Assembly: GCA_035281125.1 (NCBI GenBank)
Contig: DATEEM010000085.1
Location: 39,671-103,670 of the forward strand
Source of the DNA: Sphingomicrobium sp.
GTDB taxonomy: Bacteria; Pseudomonadota; Alphaproteobacteria; Sphingomonadales; Sphingomonadaceae
Reading direction: 5' to 3'
Length of the DNA: 64,000 nucleotides
A program made the position numbers and the translations under genes. The notes under the pieces are model-generated. The model did no database searches. It saw only the letters and a list, made by a program, of their open reading frames with translations, and had not been told where the DNA came from. This document shows positions 48,382 to 58,094 of this stretch, in pieces. The stretch's first letter is position 1, and the number at the start of each line of letters is the position of its first letter.

Positions 48382-50703
48382 CTAGATTGGGTGGCCTTCC
48401 GGGTCGATCAGAACCTCGCGGCGACCGACGTGGTCGGGCTGACCGACCAATCCATCCCTTTCCATTCGTTCGATCAGCCGCGCCGCGCTGTTGTAGCCGA
48501 CGCGCAGCTGCCGCTGGAGATAGGACGTCGACGCCTTCTGGCTTTCGGCGACGATCTGTACCGCCTTGCGGTAGAGCTGGGTCTCGGCGTCGTCTTCCCC
48601 GGTCGGCTGGCCGTCGAACAGGTAGCCACCGTCCTCCGGCTCTTCGGTCACGGCCTGGACATATTCGGGGGATCCTTGGCGGCGCCAATGCTCGGCCACC
48701 GCGCGCACCTCCTCGTCGCTGACGAACGGACCGTGAACGCGGATGATCTGCTTGCCGCCGGGCATGTATAGCATGTCGCCCCTGCCCAGCAGCTGCTCGG
48801 CGCCCTGCTCGCCGAGGATCGTCCGGCTGTCGATCTTGCTCGTGACCTGGAAGCTGATTCGCGTCGGCAGGTTCGCCTTGATGACGCCGGTGATGACGTC
48901 GACGGAGGGCCGCTGTGTGGCCATGATCAAATGGATGCCCGCGGCGCGTGCCTTCTGCGCCAGCCGCTGAATCAGGAACTCGACCTCCTTGCCGGCCGTC
49001 ATCATTAGGTCGGCGAGCTCGTCGACCACGACGACGATCTGGGGCAGGACCTCGTAATCGAGCTCCTCGGTCTCATAGACCGGCTGGCCGGTATCGGCGT
49101 CATAGCCGGTCTGGACCCGGCGTCCCAGCCGCGAGCCCTTGGCCTTCGCCTCGCGGACCTTGGCGTTGAAGCTCGGCAAGGCGCGGACCCCGAGGTTGGC
49201 CATCATCCGGTAGCGCTCCTCCATCTGCTCGACGGTCCATTTGAGCGCGCGGATCGCCTTGCCCGGCTCGGTGACGACGGGTGACAGCAGATGCGGAATG
49301 TCGTCGTAGATCGACAGCTCGAGCATCTTCGGGTCAATCAGGATCAGTTTGCACTGGTCCGGACCGTACCGATAGAGCAGCGAGAGGATCATGCAGTTGA
49401 GGCCGACCGACTTGCCCGACCCGGTTGTTCCGGCAACGAGAATGTGGGGCATCGGGGCGAGGTCGGCGATCACCGGGTCGCCCGCGATATTCTTCCCGAG
49501 GATCAGCGGCAGCGCCATGTTCTGGTCCTCGAACGCCTGGCTGCCGACGAGCTCGCTGAGGCTGACCGGCTCGCGTTTCGGGTTGGGCAGCTCGATGCCG
49601 ATCACGCTTCGGCCCGGGATCGTTGCGACCCGCGCCGACAGCGCCGACATGTTGCGCGCGATGTCGTCGGCGAGCTGGATGACGCGGCTGGCCTTGATCC
49701 CGCTCGCCGGCTCGAGCTCGTACATGGTCACCACTGGGCCGGGGCGGACCTCGACGATGTCGCCGCGGACGTGGAAATCCTCGAGCACGCTTTCGAGCAG
49801 CCGCGCGTTGCGCTCCAGGCCGGCGCGGTCGATCTGCTGGCGGCCGCGCTCGGGGGCCGGGGCGAGCAGGTCGAGCGTCGGCAGCTGATAATTGTCGCCC
49901 AATGCCAGGCTCGGCTGGGCCGCGGACTTGCGTGCCGGTCCGCGGCTTGCCGGGAGCACCGCCTTGGGCGGCTCGGCAACGGCCACCGCCGGCCGCGATT
50001 TGGGCGGCGCGGCCGCGGTTGGCTGATCGTCGCTGAGCTGGGTCGCCCGCGGAAGCGCGCGCGGGGCGCGCGGCTCACGCCGGAACCAACTTCCGATCCA
50101 TGCCTTCTCCTCGGCGCCGAGGCCGAGCGCGAAATAGCCGGCGGCCACGCCGCCGACGGCGAACAGGAACAGCACTGCGAGGCGCGTCGGACCGGCGACC
50201 GACGGGTTGGGGATGAGCGCGATGGCGGAATCGATCGCGTGGGCAGCACCGAGCCCCGCCGCGCCGCCCCAGCCGGCCGGCAAGCCCGACACCGCCGATC
50301 CGCTGGTCAGGCTGAGCGCGATGCCGACGAGGATCGCGCCGAGCGCCGCGATGGCCAGGCCGCGGCCGATCCGTCCGGCCGGCTCGAGACGCATCATCCG
50401 CAGTCCGGCGAGTGCGACAACCGGCAGGAACAGCACGCAGCCAAGCCCGAACAACAGCAACAGCGCATCGCTGCCATAGGCGCCGGCGCTGCCGAGCCAA
50501 TTGCTCGGCGGTCCACCCGCAGCGGTGCTAAGCGACGGGTCGTTCGCGCTGTGCGTGGCAAGGGCCAGCCCACCGGCCCCGCTCAGCGCGAGCAGGATCG
50601 CGCCCCCGCTGCGGGTCAGGAAGCGCTTGACGGACGCGCGCAGCACGTCGCGCCAGTCCGGCGCCAGGTCGCGCTTGGGCGCACGCGCTGCAACGGTTGC
50701 CAT
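48382..50703 (-). CDS. ftsK: DNA translocase FtsK
   Basis: N-terminal TM region, AGTTGSGKS, VDELADLM, ATQRPSVDV, gamma domain LQRQLRVGYNSAARLIE. Confidence 0.97.
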   Translation of the reverse strand: MATVAARAPKRDLAPDWRDVLRASVKRFLTRSGGAILLALSGAGGLALATHSANDPSLSTAAGGPPSNWLGSAGAYGSDALLLLFGLGCVLFLPVVALAGLRMMRLEPAGRIGRGLAIAALGAILVGIALSLTSGSAVSGLPAGWGGAAGLGAAHAIDSAIALIPNPSVAGPTRLAVLFLFAVGGVAAGYFALGLGAEEKAWIGSWFRREPRAPRALPRATQLSDDQPTAAAPPKSRPAVAVAEPPKAVLPASRGPARKSAAQPSLALGDNYQLPTLDLLAPAPERGRQQIDRAGLERNARLLESVLEDFHVRGDIVEVRPGPVVTMYELEPASGIKASRVIQLADDIARNMSALSARVATIPGRSVIGIELPNPKREPVSLSELVGSQAFEDQNMALPLILGKNIAGDPVIADLAPMPHILVAGTTGSGKSVGLNCMILSLLYRYGPDQCKLILIDPKMLELSIYDDIPHLLSPVVTEPGKAIRALKWTVEQMEERYRMMANLGVRALPSFNAKVREAKAKGSRLGRRVQTGYDADTGQPVYETEELDYEVLPQIVVVVDELADLMMTAGKEVEFLIQRLAQKARAAGIHLIMATQRPSVDVITGVIKANLPTRISFQVTSKIDSRTILGEQGAEQLLGRGDMLYMPGGKQIIRVHGPFVSDEEVRAVAEHWRRQGSPEYVQAVTEEPEDGGYLFDGQPTGEDDAETQLYRKAVQIVAESQKASTSYLQRQLRVGYNSAARLIERMERDGLVGQPDHVGRREVLIDPEGHPI

Positions 50704-50806
50704 GGTCCCATCCCCGGTCAAAGTCTCCCGGTTAGAATCCCCCACGCGGAGTCCGCGGTCAAGCGAAGTCGTGGCGTCATTGCGACGAACGGGCTAGGGC
50801 GGCGCA

Positions 50807-52021
50807 ATGGACCGCGCGGACCTAGTCATCTTCGGCGGCGGCCTGGTCGGGCTGGCACTCGCCTCGGCACTCGACAGCAGCGGCTTGTCGGCCATCGTGG
50901 TCGATCCCGCGGACCCCGACCTCCGGTCCAGCGCCGCGTTTGACGGGCGCACGAGCGCGGTGTCGTCGAGCTCGATGCGCATGCTGGAAACGGTCGGGGT
51001 CGTCGCGGACCTGCCCGAACCGGGCTGTCCGATCCGCACCATCGCGGTCGCGGACGGGCTCGAGCCCGGCGGCCTGCATTTCGAGACGGACGACGGCGAG
51101 GCGCTGGGATGGATGCACGAGAACCGCCACCTGCGCGCGGCGCTTCGCGCGCGAGCCGAGGCCGGGCCGAATACCTGGCTGCTGTGGAAGTCGCGGGTAA
51201 CAAGCGTCGATCGCGGCGAGCACGGCGTTATCGTCATGCTCGACGATGGGCGTAAGCTGAGCGCGCCGCTCCTGGTCGCCGCCGATGGGCGCGATTCCGC
51301 GACCCGCGAGGCGGCGGGCATCCGGATCGCGCGCTGGAAGTACGACCAGCGAGCGATCGTCTCCGTCCTCGGCCACGAGCGGCCGCACGATCATGTCGCC
51401 TACGAGATTTTCTATCCGACCGGCCCGTTCGCCTTGCTGCCGATGACCGACCATGAAGGCGGCCATCGTTCGGCGATCGTCTGGTCCGTGCAGGAGGGCG
51501 ACGCGGCGGGCTGGCTGTCGCTGAGCGACGCCGATTTCGCCGCCGAGGCGCAGGCGGCGATGGGCGGGTTCCTGGGCAAGGTCGAGCTGCTGGCGCCCCG
51601 CTCCTCCTATCCGCTCGGCTTCCACCATGCGGCGCAGATCACCGCGAAGCGGCTCGCCCTGGTTGGCGATGCGGCGCATGCCATTCATCCGATCGCGGGG
51701 CAGGGGCTCAACCTTGGCTTCCGCGACGCGGCGGCGCTCGCCGAAGTGCTGGTCGACGGCGTCCGGCTCGGCCTCGACCTCGGCGACCGGCAGTTGCTCG
51801 ACCGTTATCAGCGCTGGCGCTCGCTCGACGCTTTGTCGGTCGCCTTCGCCACCGACACGCTGACCCGGATCTACGGCGCGCCGGGCAAGACTGCCTCGGC
51901 GATCCGCCGCTTCGGCATGGGCCTCGTCGAACGGATCGGACCGGTCAGAAACCGGCTGATGAGCGAGGCGCGCGGGACCAGCGGCGACCTCCCGCTGCTG
52001 CTTCGGGGGCTACCGATCTAA
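50807..52021 (+). CDS. UbiH/UbiL-family FAD-dependent ubiquinone hydroxylase
   Basis: GGGLVG, AADGRDS, LVGDAAHAIHPIAGQGLNLGFRD. Confidence 0.9.
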   Translation: MDRADLVIFGGGLVGLALASALDSSGLSAIVVDPADPDLRSSAAFDGRTSAVSSSSMRMLETVGVVADLPEPGCPIRTIAVADGLEPGGLHFETDDGEALGWMHENRHLRAALRARAEAGPNTWLLWKSRVTSVDRGEHGVIVMLDDGRKLSAPLLVAADGRDSATREAAGIRIARWKYDQRAIVSVLGHERPHDHVAYEIFYPTGPFALLPMTDHEGGHRSAIVWSVQEGDAAGWLSLSDADFAAEAQAAMGGFLGKVELLAPRSSYPLGFHHAAQITAKRLALVGDAAHAIHPIAGQGLNLGFRDAAALAEVLVDGVRLGLDLGDRQLLDRYQRWRSLDALSVAFATDTLTRIYGAPGKTASAIRRFGMGLVERIGPVRNRLMSEARGTSGDLPLLLRGLPI

Positions 52022-52657
52022 TCACTGGATCGTCGGCTCGATCTCGACTCCTCCGCCGATTGCGGCGCGGTGGAACTGCATCAGCTGGACGAGGAGATCG
52101 GCGCGTCCGGCGAGCGTCGGCTGCTCGAGCAGCGCCTGCTTCGCCCCGGTGTCGAACGGCGCGACCTGGGCAATCGCGTTGACCAGCATCTCATCGTCGA
52201 GCCGGGCTACCGCTTCCCAGTCGACCGCGAGGCCCATGGCGTCGCCGAGCCGCCGAGCCTCGCGCTCGACGTCGGCGCGTTGGATCGCGGCCAACGGCCT
52301 CGGCTCGCTGTCGTCGAACGCGGCGATATCGACCTCGGCGCAGCGGTAAGACGCTTCGCTTGCGGCCTCGCCGATCAAGCGGAAGCGGTTCAACCCGAGG
52401 AGCACGATATTGAACCGCCCGTCTTCCAGCTCTTCGACGCCGACGATCTCGCCGAGGCAGCCGATGCCGTAAAGCGGTGCGCGATTGTCGTCGTCCAGCC
52501 GAAGCGGCTGGATCATCCCGATCCGGGCCGGACCGTCGATAACGTCGCGGACCATCTCGCGATAGCGCGGTTCGAAAATATGCAGCGGCAGTTGCGAGCG
52601 GGGAAACAAAATCGCCCCGGCGAGCGGGAAGATCGGGATCGTGACCGGCCGGCTCAC
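52022..52657 (-). CDS. LON peptidase substrate-binding-domain protein
   Basis: IPIFPL, PLHIFEPRY, DGRFNIVL; GTG start overlapping the cnoX stop. Confidence 0.9.
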   Translation of the reverse strand: MSRPVTIPIFPLAGAILFPRSQLPLHIFEPRYREMVRDVIDGPARIGMIQPLRLDDDNRAPLYGIGCLGEIVGVEELEDGRFNIVLLGLNRFRLIGEAASEASYRCAEVDIAAFDDSEPRPLAAIQRADVEREARRLGDAMGLAVDWEAVARLDDEMLVNAIAQVAPFDTGAKQALLEQPTLAGRADLLVQLMQFHRAAIGGGVEIEPTIQ

Positions 52658-53559
52658 GTGAAGAGCAGAGCCGAAAGCCGCCGTCGCTGGGCGCTCGACC
52701 ATGAATCCTCGATGCCCTGCGCTTCGAGCAGCTGCAGAAAGCGCTTGCGCGCCGCGCCGTCGTTCCAGTCGCGGTCGCGGCGGACGATTTCGAGCAAGGC
52801 GTCGGCGCCCGCATCGCGGTCACCCGCGGCGATATGCGCATTGGCGAGCTCGAATCGCGCCTCGTGATCATCGGGATCGGCGGCAACCCGCGCCTCGAGC
52901 GGGCCGGCATCGATCTTGGGCGCCGAAGCGAGGTCCAGCGCCGCTTTGGCCCGCGCGACCTCCGGCTTGCCGGCGAGCTCGTCCGGCAGCGAATCGAGAG
53001 TTTCCCGCGCCTCGTCCAGCTCGCCGGCGGCGACCAAAGCGCGCGCCAGCCCGCCCACGACGTCCGGATTGTCCGGCGCCATGTCGCGGACCTGGCGGAA
53101 GATGTTGACCGCGCGCGCGGCGTCGCCATCGCCGAGCACCTGCTCGCCCATGGCGATCAGCGGTGCGATCTCGGCTTGGGGCGTCGCGCCGTCCGGCTCG
53201 ATCTTGAGCTGCGCCAGAAGCTGGTCGAGCGCGCGCTTGATCTGGCTCTCGGTGCGGTAGTTGGTGAGGTCGGCGACCGGCTGGCCGCGATGGATGGCAT
53301 AGACCGTCGGGATCGACTGGATGCGGAATTGCGCGGCGATCAGCTTGTCCTTGTCGACGTCGATCTTGGCAAGCTTCACGCCTTTTGCCGCATAGTCCTC
53401 GGCGACCTTATCGAGGACCGGGCCGAGCTGCTTGCACGGGCCGCACCATTCGGCCCAGAAATCGAGCACGACCAGCCCCGTCATCGAAGGCTGAATGACG
53501 TCCTGCTCGAAGCGCTGGATCGCTTCGCGTTCAGCCTCGGTCAGGCCCAGAGTCGCCAC
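52654..53559 (-). CDS. cnoX: Chaperedoxin CnoX/YbbN (thioredoxin plus TPR)
   Basis: FWAEWCGPCKQL, IQSIPTV, WNDGAARK, RRRLSALLF. Confidence 0.88.
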   Translation of the reverse strand: MATLGLTEAEREAIQRFEQDVIQPSMTGLVVLDFWAEWCGPCKQLGPVLDKVAEDYAAKGVKLAKIDVDKDKLIAAQFRIQSIPTVYAIHRGQPVADLTNYRTESQIKRALDQLLAQLKIEPDGATPQAEIAPLIAMGEQVLGDGDAARAVNIFRQVRDMAPDNPDVVGGLARALVAAGELDEARETLDSLPDELAGKPEVARAKAALDLASAPKIDAGPLEARVAADPDDHEARFELANAHIAAGDRDAGADALLEIVRRDRDWNDGAARKRFLQLLEAQGIEDSWSSAQRRRLSALLFT

Positions 53560-53597
53560 GCTCGCGAATCCCTTTTCAACTGGTGAAGCCGGCGCCC

Positions 53598-53626
53598 ATA
53601 TGGGCGGCTATGGCGGCCGCCACAAG
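53598..53626 (-). promoter_or_regulatory. Probable RpoH (sigma32) promoter of cnoX-lonN
   Basis: Gene strand CTTG-N18-CCCATAT, upstream of chaperone/proteostasis genes. Confidence 0.6.
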
Positions 53627-53723
53627 CGCTGCCGCGAAGCCTTGCGGGAGGGGCGCGGCCCATGCTAGGCGCGCGCCTCACCTCCGCCGGCGGCCCGGAT
53701 TCGGGCCCGGCGTCAGCTCAAGA

Positions 53724-53798
53724 GCGGGCGTAGCTCAGGGGTAGAGCACAACCTTGCCAAGGTTGGGGTCGAGGGTTCGAATCCCTTCGCCCGCTCCA
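53724..53798 (+). tRNA. tRNA-Gly (anticodon GCC)
   Basis: GCGGGCG stem, AACCT-TGCCA-AGGTT arm, GGTTCGAATCC, encoded CCA. Confidence 0.97.
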
Positions 53799-53825
53799 GT
53801 CTTTCCTAGAGGCAGTCGCGCCGCG

Positions 53826-54458
53826 TCAGCGCTCGCGGAACCACTTGGTCAGCACATATTTCGTTCCGCGGCGGACCTTCATGCCCTGGTGCAGCGTCGC
53901 CGGGTTGGGCCGTCCGTCGGAGAGCAAATTGTTCCAGGCGAGCAGCTTGCCGCGTTCCGGTCGCACCGTCTTGCCGATGGCCTTGAAGCGCGTCGCGCCG
54001 CCCTCTTCCGGCTCGTTGAGATAGACCATCGCGGTCCACGTCCTTTGTCCGCCGCCGGCGGTGTGAACGTAGAAATCGTAGCCCCCCGGCTCGAATGTGT
54101 CGGTGTGCGGTCGGAACTCCTGCCCTGGGGCGTAGCGCTGGCCCTGGAGCGGTTCGCTTGCCGCGAGCGGGAGGCCGAGCAGCGCCGCGATCCTGCGGTC
54201 GACGTCGGCGACGACCGGGTCGCGCGAGTGGAGGTCGCAGGTCTCGCTGGTCCGGAAATTGGCGATTCCCATGTCGTCGGCCACTTCCGAGGGGCGGCGC
54301 CGCTGGTCGATCCGCTCGATCAGCGCGGCGCAGGCCGAAGCGTCGAGGAAATTCCGTACGATGAACAGCTCGAGCTCGCGCGTCGGAACACGCTGGACGC
54401 CGGGCGTGGCCGCGAGGCGCCGCGCCGGCCCGTCAATTCGCGCGGCGGTTCTCCCCAT
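53826..54458 (-). CDS. 2OG-Fe(II) oxygenase, prolyl 4-hydroxylase-like
   Basis: RTSET, HTD (HxD), WTAMVYLN, GGAT.F, H...V..G.K facial-triad pattern. Confidence 0.88.
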   Translation of the reverse strand: MGRTAARIDGPARRLAATPGVQRVPTRELELFIVRNFLDASACAALIERIDQRRRPSEVADDMGIANFRTSETCDLHSRDPVVADVDRRIAALLGLPLAASEPLQGQRYAPGQEFRPHTDTFEPGGYDFYVHTAGGGQRTWTAMVYLNEPEEGGATRFKAIGKTVRPERGKLLAWNNLLSDGRPNPATLHQGMKVRRGTKYVLTKWFRER

Positions 54459-55527
54459 GGCTCGCAATGACCGCTTTCGCCACGTCCTGCATCAATTCCT
54501 GGGCGCTTCCGTCCGGGCGGTTGGCGATCGTCATGATGGCCACGGCGTAGACGGTTCCGTCGGGTGCCGTCAGCAAGCCGATGTCGTTGATCCCGGCGGT
54601 CCGGCCGTTGAGCACCTGGCCCGTGCCGGTCTTGTGATTCCAGTCCCAGCCGGGCGCGAGGGCCGCGCGCACCCGCATCTTCCCGGTGCGCGTCTTCCCC
54701 ATGGTCGACAGCAATCGCGCCGTCGACTCCGGCGACAGCAGCTCGCCACGCTTCAATGCGGCAAGCGCGCCGGCAATCGCGCGAGGCGACGCCCCGTCAT
54801 AGGGATCGGCGATATAGCGTTCGAACGCCGCCTTGCGCACGCTCATCGGCAGCGCGCTGCGCGCTTCATAGAAGGCATTGCCGATCGAGTAGCTCGGGCT
54901 CCAAATCAGGCCGGCGATCTTGGACTGCAGCGCGCGCTCGCCGTCGTAGAAGCGGATCGATCCCAGGCCCTTGCGGGCGATCATTTCGCGGACCGCCTTC
55001 GGGCCGCCGACCGAGCGCATCAGCTTGTCGTTGGCAGTGTTGTCGCTCTCGGTAATCGCGGTGAAGAGCAGCGCGCCGAGCGAGATGGTGCGATCGCCGC
55101 CGCCAAGGATTTTCCGCGCAAGGGGTTGATGGAACAAGGTCAGGTCGCTGCGGTTGAGCGTGACCTTGTCGTCGAGACGGACCTTGCCCCGGTCGACGGC
55201 ATCCAAAGTGGTGATCGCGACCCACATTTTCGAGCAGCTTTGCTGCGGGAACAAGGTATTGGCGTTCCACCCGATCTCCCACCCGTCGCTGAGCGAAATG
55301 ATCGAGATGCCCGCCTTGCCGTCGAACGCCCGAGCGAGCCCCGTGACGCGGGCGCGCAGCGATTCGGGTGCGCGCCGCACCGCGGGCAGGGTCGCGACGC
55401 TGGCGCTCGCCGGTTGGAGCAGCGGCCGGGGGGCAAGCGGGTCCTGCTGGGCATTTGCGCGAACATCGGCCTGCGCTGCGCCGACGACCGCCAGGCCCAG
55501 TCCAAGTCCTTTCCACGCTGACGTCAT
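54433..55527 (-). CDS. Class A beta-lactamase-like serine hydrolase
   Basis: Signal peptide; FPQQSCSK (SxxK), ESDNTAND (SDN), E166-like GERAL, HKTGTG. Confidence 0.8.
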   Translation of the reverse strand: MTSAWKGLGLGLAVVGAAQADVRANAQQDPLAPRPLLQPASASVATLPAVRRAPESLRARVTGLARAFDGKAGISIISLSDGWEIGWNANTLFPQQSCSKMWVAITTLDAVDRGKVRLDDKVTLNRSDLTLFHQPLARKILGGGDRTISLGALLFTAITESDNTANDKLMRSVGGPKAVREMIARKGLGSIRFYDGERALQSKIAGLIWSPSYSIGNAFYEARSALPMSVRKAAFERYIADPYDGASPRAIAGALAALKRGELLSPESTARLLSTMGKTRTGKMRVRAALAPGWDWNHKTGTGQVLNGRTAGINDIGLLTAPDGTVYAVAIMTIANRPDGSAQELMQDVAKAVIASHGENRRAN

Positions 55528-55657
55528 GACTTCCCCCGCTCCCAAGAAGTTCGGTCCCGTTTGCAAGGATTTGGCACAGCCGGGATGAACCCTCGCTGTG
55601 CGATCCGGCCTAAGAATCGCATCCTCGAGTCGGCTTGCCAAGGGGGGAATTGGCGCT

Positions 55658-56467
55658 TCAGCGCGCGGCGTTCGGACCGCCCAGGAGCGCGGCGGACTCG
55701 ATCTCGTCCAGCGCGCGGTGCGCAGAAATGTAGCGTCGGGCCTTAACGACCCATTGGCCGGCATGCGGCGCGCCAGGAAGCCGCATCGTCTCGGCGAGGG
55801 CCTGGTCGACATCGCCGGTGGACAGTCGCTGCAGGGCGCGGTTGTAGCGCGCGTCGGGATTCATCGCCGGTCGGTCCGCGCGGTGGACCTCGACCAGCGA
55901 GCCGAGTTCGCGGCGGAGGCTGTTCCACCAGCTCTCGCGCGGGCCTCCGCGGCGAAGCTCTGGCCCCAGCGCCTCATATTCGGCGATGAGGTCGTTGAGC
56001 CGGACCGGCTGGTGGGAAGCCGTAACGATGGTCGCCACGGCCGGGCGGTGACGCGCGGCGAAGCGGTCGACGAGCAGCGGCTCGAGGTAACCGAGGGCGA
56101 CCCCGCGATCGATCGCGCGGCGCGCCGCGAAGGCCACGACCAGCGCGTCGGCACGGCCCGCGAATCCCTCCGCGCGCTCGGCCGCATTCTCGACCCGTGA
56201 CAGCCGCGCCTCGAGGTCGGCGATGCGGGCGCTATCGGCCTCGCCCGCCCCGAAGCGCCCCGCTGTCGGAGCAGGCGGGCTCACGACCATTTGACGGGGG
56301 GTGGGCGAAGCCTGCGGCACGGCCGGAACGACACCGAAAAATCGGGCCGCGGTCTGGTGACGGGCCAGGCCCCAGGTCGCCGCCGCGGCGCCGACGGTCA
56401 GCAGCACCAGGCCGATAAGCAGCCGCGCGCTCCAGCTCATGCTCCTGCCGTTGTTCGTCCCGTTCAT
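55658..56467 (-). CDS. Mitofilin/Mic60-like (COG4223) inner-membrane protein
   Basis: N-terminal TM, coiled coil, C-terminal mitofilin-like segment (W...V.V.R...RA...L..GD...A..E...LP...W); directly downstream of hemC-hemD. Confidence 0.7.
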   Translation of the reverse strand: MNGTNNGRSMSWSARLLIGLVLLTVGAAAATWGLARHQTAARFFGVVPAVPQASPTPRQMVVSPPAPTAGRFGAGEADSARIADLEARLSRVENAAERAEGFAGRADALVVAFAARRAIDRGVALGYLEPLLVDRFAARHRPAVATIVTASHQPVRLNDLIAEYEALGPELRRGGPRESWWNSLRRELGSLVEVHRADRPAMNPDARYNRALQRLSTGDVDQALAETMRLPGAPHAGQWVVKARRYISAHRALDEIESAALLGGPNAAR

Positions 56468-57129
56468 TTCGCGGCCGGTTTGTTGCACAGCCGCGCGGCA
56501 AGGGCCAGCAGGGCTTCGTCGGTCGGTCGGTCGGCGGCATGCACGCTCGCCCATCCCTCGCCCGCTGCATCGGCCGCCGCGGCGCTGATGGCGACGAGGG
56601 CGATCGAGCCGCGATGCTCGACGAGCTCCGCGAGCCGAGCGCCGGCCCGCGGCGAATGAATCAGCGCCACGTCCGCACCGGCGCGGTCGAGGCCGGCGGG
56701 CCGCGGAAGCGCGTTCGACCGGTAGACAGGAACGGACGTGATGGCGTGCGGCGCGCTCGTCGCCCGGCGGTGCTCGCCGCACAAATGCAGCAGCCGGAGC
56801 TTGGGGTCGACCGTCGCGAGAAGGGTATCAATGTCGGCGGATCCCACCCCCGCGATCTCGAAGCTCGCTTCGCGGGCGGCGTCGGCCGTAGCCGGGCCGA
56901 CCGCGTAGACGGGGAGGGCGCGAAGCGAATCCAATCCTTCGCCACCGTGACGCACAGCGTTGGCGCTGGTCAGGAGGAGCGCGTCGAAGCTGTCCACGCC
57001 CGGCGCCGTCCAGGCCAGCGGCTCGATCTTGAAGAGCGGGATAGAGACCGCTTCGAGCCCGTGCTCGCCGGCGCGCTCGACCGTCTCGCTCGCGCCCGGT
57101 TCGGGACGCAGGACGAGGACGCGGGTCAT
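56464..57129 (-). CDS. hemD: Uroporphyrinogen-III synthase
   Basis: VLVLRPEPGA, LLTSANAV, VGPATA, VY, HSPRAG. Confidence 0.93.
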   Translation of the reverse strand: MTRVLVLRPEPGASETVERAGEHGLEAVSIPLFKIEPLAWTAPGVDSFDALLLTSANAVRHGGEGLDSLRALPVYAVGPATADAAREASFEIAGVGSADIDTLLATVDPKLRLLHLCGEHRRATSAPHAITSVPVYRSNALPRPAGLDRAGADVALIHSPRAGARLAELVEHRGSIALVAISAAAADAAGEGWASVHAADRPTDEALLALAARLCNKPAAK

Positions 57130-58043
57130 GCCGCGGCGAACAGCCGGCGAATCGATTCGGGCGCCTTGGCCAGCATTTCGCGGGCCATCGCGGCCGGCGT
57201 TTTTTCGTCCCCGCAATCGAACACCGCGCGCTGCTCGACCTTCTCGGTCCCATCTTCGCTGAACAGCTGCGCCCGCATCCGCAGGTCGCCGTCCTCGACC
57301 ACCGCGAACGCCGCGACCGGCGACGCGCAGGTTGCGCCTAGCGCCCGAGTGAACGCGCGCTCGGCCATCACGCAAGCGTAGGTAATGTCGTTGTTGACCG
57401 TCGTCAGGATGCTCTGGGTATGCGTGTCGTCGGTCCGGCATTCCATTCCGATCACCGCCTGTCCCGGAGCCGGCAGCAGCACCTCGGTCGGGATCGACAC
57501 TCCGATGTCGATGCCGAGCCGCTTGAGGCCGGCCGAGGCGAGTAGGGTCGCGTCGACTTCCCCCGATTGCACCTTGGCGAGGCGCGTCTCGACGTTGCCG
57601 CGAATGGGAACGATCCTGAGGTCCGGCCGCAGCGACAGTAATTGTGCCGCGCGGCGGCTCGACGAGGTGCCGACGATCGCGCCCTTCTTCAGTGCGCCGA
57701 TCGATTCGGCGCCGACCAGGCGGTCGCGGACGTCGCCGCGCGGCCGTACGGCGGCGATGTGGATTTTTCCAGGTCGCACGCTTTCGACGTCCTTCATCGA
57801 ATGCACGCAGAAATGAAGCTCGCCGTCGAGCAGCGCGCGATCGAGCTCCTTGGTCCACAACGCCTTGCCGCCGAGCTCGGCAAGCGGCCGGTCCTGGATC
57901 TTGTCGCCGGTCGTCGTCACCGGCACCAGTTCGACATAGCCCTCCGGCCACCGCTGGGCGACTTCGATGGCGGAGGCGACTTTGCGCGCCTGGGCGAGCG
58001 CCAGCGGCGATCCGCGCGTTCCAAGCTTCAGGCCCGCCTGCAT
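57126..58043 (-). CDS. hemC: Hydroxymethylbilane synthase
   Basis: GTRGSPLALAQA, GGKALWTKELD, HSMKD, GTSSSRR, RGNVETRL. Confidence 0.97.
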   Translation of the reverse strand: MQAGLKLGTRGSPLALAQARKVASAIEVAQRWPEGYVELVPVTTTGDKIQDRPLAELGGKALWTKELDRALLDGELHFCVHSMKDVESVRPGKIHIAAVRPRGDVRDRLVGAESIGALKKGAIVGTSSSRRAAQLLSLRPDLRIVPIRGNVETRLAKVQSGEVDATLLASAGLKRLGIDIGVSIPTEVLLPAPGQAVIGMECRTDDTHTQSILTTVNNDITYACVMAERAFTRALGATCASPVAAFAVVEDGDLRMRAQLFSEDGTEKVEQRAVFDCGDEKTPAAMAREMLAKAPESIRRLFAAA

Positions 58044-58094
58044 GATCCACCCCTAGTGCATCGAACGCGGATCAGGCAAAGGGCCGGCAGCGAA

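Noticed and set aside
52650-52665. CTCACGTGAAG as a fourth parS site
   Set aside because: Only the CACGTG core matches; the outer arms do not fit the consensus
53724-55527. Island integrated at tRNA-Gly carrying the beta-lactamase-like gene
   Set aside because: No att duplication or mobility gene visible
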